Made by a program: the position numbers and the translations under genes. From Eledone cirrhosa (Eukaryota), in contig OZ024744.1 in the NCBI GenBank assembly GCA_964016885.1, forward strand, positions 26,412,001-26,476,000: a DNA stretch of 64,000 bases. Reading direction: 5' to 3'. This document shows positions 57,725-64,000 of this stretch, piece after piece. The notes beneath the pieces were generated by a model, which was not told the DNA's origin, ran no database searches, and saw nothing but the letters and a program-made list of their open reading frames with translations. Position 1 is the stretch's first letter. The number at the start of each line of letters is the position of its first letter.

Positions 57725-58091
57725 TGTATATGTAGTGGATTTTACAATACACTGTATGCTTAATTAAAACCATTTCGAAGACCTTATGCTATTGTTTTAG
57801 AGTAGTGACAGTCTCACTTACTTTAAATTTTCAGCAAACAGGGGAGATGAAGCTGACAGAGCTATGTTTCGTACTGATTGGTACTTATCAAAGCCAAGTA
57901 CTCCACCTGTTTGCTGAAAATCATGAATGTTTGATTCTTATAGAATTTCTAGTAATAATCAGGAACTGATTATACAGAGCGGTTGCCGGTCAAGCAGAAA
58001 TTGAAAATTAGAATTGGCGCTCTGAAATAGCTATATATATATGAATGTATATATAGTGGATTTTGCAATACACTGTATGCTTAATTAAAAC
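57720..58091 (-). mobile_element. Non-coding 321-nt HHR unit with ~50-bp terminal redundancy
   Basis: 57720-57771 repeated at 58041-58092. Confidence 0.75.
57851..57895 (-). ncRNA. Hammerhead ribozyme, U3:A8 variant
   Basis: ggct-TTGATAA-gtac/caatca/gtac-GAAA-ca..tg-TC-agct. Confidence 0.8.
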
Positions 58092-58528
58092 ACTATACAA
58101 CCCCCATAATACTCTTGATTTCCCGCTTAAAGTGCTTATATTCCATATAACACCTTACCGAACTATAATCTCATATAAAAAAGACACACGTGCATGCTCC
58201 ACGTGTAACTAACTTCTTCTAACTATCCTCCTGCATCTTCTTCGTAAACTGCCAATGTTGTATTATAACTTTAATTTTGTTGTAATTTTCTTTTAATGAC
58301 TTTAATCTTTGAATGTAAACTGCCATGCTTAAATATTATAATGGTTGTCAACCCACTGTGCATCAATATATACATATGTTTCTGTATGTCTCTTGTGTTG
58401 AAAAGGAGGTCATGTATGTAAACAATCATTGAAAAATTGCTCCGAAGACTCCAAATCTCGGTTTGGAAGAAACAATTGTAAGCGAATAAATGATTTGAAC
58501 AGAACTTTGAATCATGTAATTTCTATAT
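58092..58528 (+). mobile_element. pLTR-like repeat with HHR core CCGAAGA (58439-58483)
   Basis: Inverse of 59036-59490. gct-CCGAAGA-c-tccaaa/tttgga-a-GAAA-caattg-TA-agc. Confidence 0.75.
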
Positions 58529-58683
58529 AACTGCTCTGTAGAACAACTGATGTTATTACATTGAGGTATTTATCTTAGTGGTAATAAGGTAGTAATAAAT
58601 TACTGTCTTTCACTCTTTATGGTTTAAATATATATAACTATAAAAGGTTTTAGTATATACATAAGCATAAATAGTATCCTTAA

Positions 58684-58747
<64 letters not shown>

Positions 58748-58912
58748 TTATTAAAATAACAGATTAAAGTTTAAGCAAAGAATCGCTCCTTTCACCCTTA
58801 ACGGGATCTTCTGAAACAAATAAATATTTGCTCTACGGTTCTTATATATTTGATATATATTTTCCTTATCGAGCCCTCTTTGGATTTTAGTCTTCAATTT
58901 TATTATTATTAC

Positions 58913-58949
<37 letters not shown>

Positions 58950-58953
58950 CTGT

Positions 58954-59016
<63 letters not shown>

Positions 59017-59035
59017 TGTGCGTATATATATATTT

Positions 59036-60122
59036 ATAGAATTCACATGAATCAAAGTTCTTTTCAAACCATTTATTAGCTTACAATTGTTTCATCCAAA
59101 CCGAGGTTTGGTGTCTTCGGACCAATTTTTCAATGTTTGTTTACATACATCACCTCCTTCCCAACACAAGAGACATACGGATACATATGTATATATCGAT
59201 GCACAGTGGGGTGACATCCATTATAATATTTTTGCATGGCAATTTAAATTCGAAAATTAAAATCATATTAAAACAGAATCAAACCAAAATTAATGTTAAA
59301 ATACAACATCGGGAGTTTACGTAGATAATGCAAGAGGATAGTTTGTTAGTCAGTTGAAGTAGTTATTGCATGCAATAGTTACACGTAGGGCATGCACGTG
59401 TGTCTTATTTATATATGATTGTTGTGCGGCAAGGTGTTATATGCAATACAAGCACTTTAAGCGGGTAATCAAAAGTATTATGGAGGTTGTAGTGGTAGAG
59501 TATTTTTTGTGTATGATAAAGAAGCTTGTGTGCAGAGAAATATTATAAATGAGAAGCAAAATAATGTTATGGTTTTTGTATACACCACCATTTTCACAAT
59601 TCAGGAAACGTAATATATAGTTTATATGTCCTTCACATAATTAACGATGATTCAGTATTGGATGTTTGATGTATTAAGTTAAATTAATACAGCTTGTTGC
59701 GGCTCAGTGTTCTTTAATCCAATTTTATAGAGCAGGTTGTTTTTGTTGCGAGAATTTACATTGTTTTATTTTCCGGAAGTATGTGTGTGATTAAGGGGAG
59801 TTATTGCGTGAGGGGCGGTAACTAACTGATTTCTATAACTAAATTTATTATTCCAATGTACATTAAAAGGTGTCTCAATTGAATCCCTTATATATATGGT
59901 TATATACAGTTTCCAAATTTAAGTATCCTATCTTTAAATTACAGTCTACTCTATCAAGAAGTACTAAAGGTATCTATAGGGGTAAACCTTCATAATAACA
60001 TTATATCAACTAACCCTGATAACAATAGTAATAGAAAATTGCTCCAAAGATTACCACACCTCGGTTTGGATGAAACAATTGTAAGCTAATAAATGGTTTG
60101 AAAAGAACTTTGATTCATGTGA

Positions 60123-60128
<6 letters not shown>
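59036..60128. mobile_element. 1.1-kb element with ~90-bp inverted HHR-containing ends
   Basis: 59036-59128 inverted at ~60036-60128. HHR motifs 59079-59123(-) and 60041-60086(+, degenerate). Confidence 0.8.
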
Positions 60129-60220
<92 letters not shown>

Positions 60221-60265
60221 GAGAGTAAAACAAAGAAGCCTTCAATGCATCAAAAGTCTTTATTA

Positions 60266-60303
60266 GCCGACAATGTTTCGTCCTAATAAGGACTCATCAG
60301 GGC
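60266..60303 (-). ncRNA. Minimal type I hammerhead ribozyme
   Basis: gcc-CTGATGA-gtcc/ttatta/ggac-GAAA-cattg-TC-ggc. Confidence 0.9.
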
Positions 60304-61520
60304 AATTAAAACAACAAGATAATAATAATAACATAATATCACATAACATGGCCATGAATGGCAGTAGCAAACATAGTAACCGTAAAAATTATATAGGCGT
60401 ATCTGAACCCATCCATAAGTTAACACACCGGACTCGTAATAGTGAAAGTCATACCTCTAGGAAACAAGTTGAACCCCCTGAGCGCTCACACATTGGTGAT
60501 AATTTTGATGGATCTTATTCTAATAATGTTGCTCCTACTGATCCTATCATTGGCCCTAATCCTTATGATGGGATTCCGGACAGCAGCAGATCTACTGGAG
60601 GTAGAAACTGTAATAGACTTAATGAAATGTTGGCTGATTCTATGAATGCGGCTTTAACTAATCCTTGTAGTAACCCTAGTCTCGATGGTGGGATATTTGA
60701 TAATGGTAGAGTCGGTAAGAATAAAAATAGAGGGCGATTAAATACTTATTTTAACCCGCCATATAATCAGGAAGTATCAACTAATATCCCTAGGTCTTTC
60801 TTCTCTATCTTAGAGAAAAATTTCCCCCCTTCTCATAAATACCATAGTATTTTTAATAAAAATGTTATTAAACTTTCATTCTCTACCACCCCTAATATTA
60901 GTTCTCATTTAGCTAGCACTAACAATAGGAAAATTAGGGATGGATTCTCCTCTCTACATACTAGTCTGAACAGATCTGGCAATGCATTACCACCAGAACA
61001 GTCCTTATCTAATAGCAATCCTACGTGTAATGCATCACCACTTGAGCCAACCAATAACACCCGGAAGTGCAATTGTAGAGTGAGTGTTAACTGCCCTTTA
61101 AACGGTAACTGCCTTTCTAAGAACATTTTCTATGCTTGCGAAGTTATAACTAATTCCTCTAATAGAACTTATATAGGCTCTACATCTAACACTTTTAAGA
61201 CTAGGTTTAACTCTCATATCTCTAATTTCAAACATGTTAAGTTTAAGAATTCTACTTCTTTAGCACATTATATCTGGGATCTTAAGGGAGCTAATATACC
61301 ATATAGCCTTAACTGGCGTTTAGTAGCACGCTCTAACCACCTTTCTACACATACTAAGTTTTGTAATCTCTGTATCCTCGAGACACACTCTATAATTTTC
61401 TCTAACGTATCCTTACTTAATAGAAAGTCTGAGATATTCTCTTCTTGCCCCCACGCTATTTCTAATTCATACTTTTATTATAAACCTAAACGTTCTAGTA
61501 GTACAAATTGTACCCATTAG
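60273..61520 (+). CDS. Open 415-aa PLE linker + GIY-YIG endonuclease ORF without RT (expression unproven)
   Basis: YFNPPY, KLSFS, CNC..CPLNGNC, IFY..YIG, RFNSH, CNLC. ATG lies in the inverted pLTR. Confidence 0.5.
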   Translation: MFRPNKDSSGQLKQQDNNNNIISHNMAMNGSSKHSNRKNYIGVSEPIHKLTHRTRNSESHTSRKQVEPPERSHIGDNFDGSYSNNVAPTDPIIGPNPYDGIPDSSRSTGGRNCNRLNEMLADSMNAALTNPCSNPSLDGGIFDNGRVGKNKNRGRLNTYFNPPYNQEVSTNIPRSFFSILEKNFPPSHKYHSIFNKNVIKLSFSTTPNISSHLASTNNRKIRDGFSSLHTSLNRSGNALPPEQSLSNSNPTCNASPLEPTNNTRKCNCRVSVNCPLNGNCLSKNIFYACEVITNSSNRTYIGSTSNTFKTRFNSHISNFKHVKFKNSTSLAHYIWDLKGANIPYSLNWRLVARSNHLSTHTKFCNLCILETHSIIFSNVSLLNRKSEIFSSCPHAISNSYFYYKPKRSSSTNCTH

Positions 61521-63320
61521 CTGATTTAATCCATTATTTATTTTTTAGTTTAGGTTCTTTTGTTTGCCAACATTATTATTATCATCATTATTATCATTGG
61601 TTTTTGATGACTCTTTATTCTAGCTCTCATAATCTTTTGGCTAGTGTACCATATCTATCTTCTTACGCATTAAATGTTCACTATTACACCTTATGAATGT
61701 ATATAAGATTATATATTTTACGCTATTTATTTTATTTTATTCTTATTTTTATTTTTATTTTTATTCGGATTCTTCTTTGTATACCCCCCCCCCCCTCCCC
61801 CCCCATGCGCACAGAAACTTACTGTCAACCCCTCCAAATTGACTATGATTATATTTAACCCCCCCCTCTTTTACGCTCCTTTCTATTATGTAATATAGTA
61901 TGTCGACTATATTTTATGCCCCTTTGCTTTGCATCCTCATATATATCTTCATTTGTGTCCCTATTAGCCTACCTTAATTCTGCTTAAGTCAGTTTTTTAG
62001 ATATCGTTATGTATATGATAGTAAAAAAATTTCATTCCTTTTTGTAAACATTTGTAACGAAATATTAACGTTTATAAACTTTAATTACTTAAACTATAGC
62101 TAATATTATACTGCCTTATTGGATAATTTAAATATTTTTAATATTAATTTATCAAATAGGGTTTTCTAGTCATTTACAGGGGTTGTTTTCTTAGTTTTTA
62201 CTTAACTACTTAACTGCATGTGTGACCTAAATGTATACGTTTGTTTTTGTTTTTTAATTTCCGGTTTATTCTATTTATTTATTTTATTCTATATTTTATA
62301 TTTTATATTTTATTTGTAATACTACTGTGCATTATATTTACTGTTTGGCACTTACTCACTCATCCATATACATGTCTGTCTACCAACCTTGTAATTATAA
62401 GTAATTATATATTATATTATGTTAATTTATTTTATATAATATATTATATTATATTTTTTATTGTAATATTGATCCTTATTACTTACCGTTAATTATATGT
62501 AACATTATGATATGTTAAACTTTATATATCATGTAAGATGTTTGTATTTTTTGTACCATCAAACTTTTTTTGGGGTATTGTGCAATTTATTTTTCCTCAC
62601 CTACTCTGTAACCCAGTATGAATTCATTTGTTAACTTGAGTACCATTATATATTGTTTATTATAAATGTTAGTATATTGTATATTATAAATGTTAGTATA
62701 TTATTATTATATTATTATTGTGACATCTATATTGTTTGTGTAAATTAACCGGAGATTATCTATTCTATTATATTGTATTATATAGTATATAATTGTGTTG
62801 TTTATTATTTATTATATGTGCTACTTATAATTATATCATATTATTACCTCATGTATATTGGGTAGATGTATTAGTATTATTATTATTATTATTTTCATTC
62901 CTATCATGCTTATTCTTATATTCAAACTCTTAATAAGGTTTAATTTGTGCAGTTGAAGATGGATGTGTGTATTGTTGTATGTGTATGTGTGTGTACGTGT
63001 GCGCACATATATACATATGCATATTGTACCTTTTGATTTTTATTGTAATTTTAATGTTGGTAACGGTATATTATATTATATTACATTGTATTATATATAA
63101 TTCCTGCTCTATATAACCACCTTTGTTTAGCTCTAGGTTTTTTTGCTTTGGACTATATTTGTAATATGGTTCTTAATGTTATATACATCCTTAGTAATTT
63201 TTATTATATATTTTTATTATTTTTATTATATATTTTTGCAATACTTTAGTGTATGTACACTCCATATTCTTCGGAGCTTCCGGCTTGTATCTGCCGATAT
63301 TACTTCTTGTTGTTTTAATT

Positions 63321-63358
63321 GCCCTGCTGAGTCCTTAATAGGACGAAACATTGTCGGC
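63321..63358 (+). ncRNA. Minimal hammerhead ribozyme with A6C substitution
   Basis: gcc-CTGCTGA-gtcc/ggac-GAAA-cattg-TC-ggc. Confidence 0.7.
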
Positions 63359-63505
63359 TAATAAAGACTTTTGATGTATTGAAGGCTTCTTTGTTTTACT
63401 CTCTTAATTTTTCGGCTCTGTTTAACTACATTGAGCTATACGTTTTACTGTCATTTCTATAATACGAAGAGGGTGTTTAACTCCAACACGCTCCAGTATT
63501 TTAAC

Positions 63506-63547
<42 letters not shown>

Positions 63548-63816
63548 ATGTCCAGTGTGCTATATATATATATATATGTCCAGTGTGCTATATATACATA
63601 TATGCCCAGCGTGCTATATATATATGTCCAGTGTGATATATATATATAATTAGTACATCTACCAACATATGCGTACAGATGTACACTAATGCTAGCAAAT
63701 ATATAAGTTATGTCAAAGTACCTAGGTGGTTCTATGCAGGGGGATTCAGAACTATTATATGAAAGACGTAAAATAAGAAAATTTTAAAAATTAAAAATTA
63801 ACTTACTAAAATGTTC

Positions 63817-63898
63817 ACTCCAACTAATTAGTTTCTGTAATGGGATAAATATAGCTACACAATATTACTATCGAGAATTCATTACGTCATCAGGGAGT
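63817..63898 (-). ncRNA. Type I hammerhead ribozyme (element runs off the window end)
   Basis: actcc-CTGATGA-c-gtaatg...cattac-a-GAAA-ctaattag-TT-ggagt. Confidence 0.82.
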
Positions 63899-64000
63899 CT
63901 ATTCTCAGCTAAGTTCCCAGGCAATGCGCGGACACTAGGAACCCATATAAAAATAATAATTCAGTGGATGGAATAAGCTAGCGAGGACTAAATTCCAGAG

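Larger units (their letters stand above)
60217..63510 (+). mobile_element. 5'-truncated PLE with inverted 5' pLTR, same family as 30918-35068
   Basis: 60217-60319 is the inverse of 63305-63407. Body colinear with 31988-35068. Confidence 0.92.

Noticed and set aside
59036-60128. MITE or TIR DNA transposon interpretation of the inverted ends
   Set aside because: Ends carry hammerhead/pLTR sequence, and other copies of the family occur without paired termini

Overview
Eukaryotic, very AT- and microsatellite-rich DNA with no recognisable host gene. The SINE families and (TA)n density suggest a coleoid cephalopod such as octopus, which is an inference. Nearly all listed ORFs are translations of simple repeats. 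The real coding content is retroelement-derived: one 5'-truncated L1/Tx1-clade LINE with an 11-bp TSD and at least 8 Penelope-like element (PLE) copies or fragments (RT and/or GIY-YIG endonuclease). The main signal is non-coding. Reading both strands by eye gives about 30 type I hammerhead ribozyme (HHR) motifs from more than a dozen sequence families. Several lie in non-coding units of about 320-630 nt arranged as partial tandems plus an inverted arm and inserted into (TA)n, which looks like non-autonomous PLE-mobilised, retrozyme-like RNAs. Many cores are non-canonical and would be missed by a CUGANGA search: a compensatory U3:A8 pair in five or more families, a U3:G8 relative, fixed U4A or U4C, and mismatched 10.1/11.1 pairs. 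5' breakpoints and inter-family chimeric junctions often fall in or just upstream of the ribozyme. All folds were done by eye and none is experimentally verified. Element boundaries are approximate.
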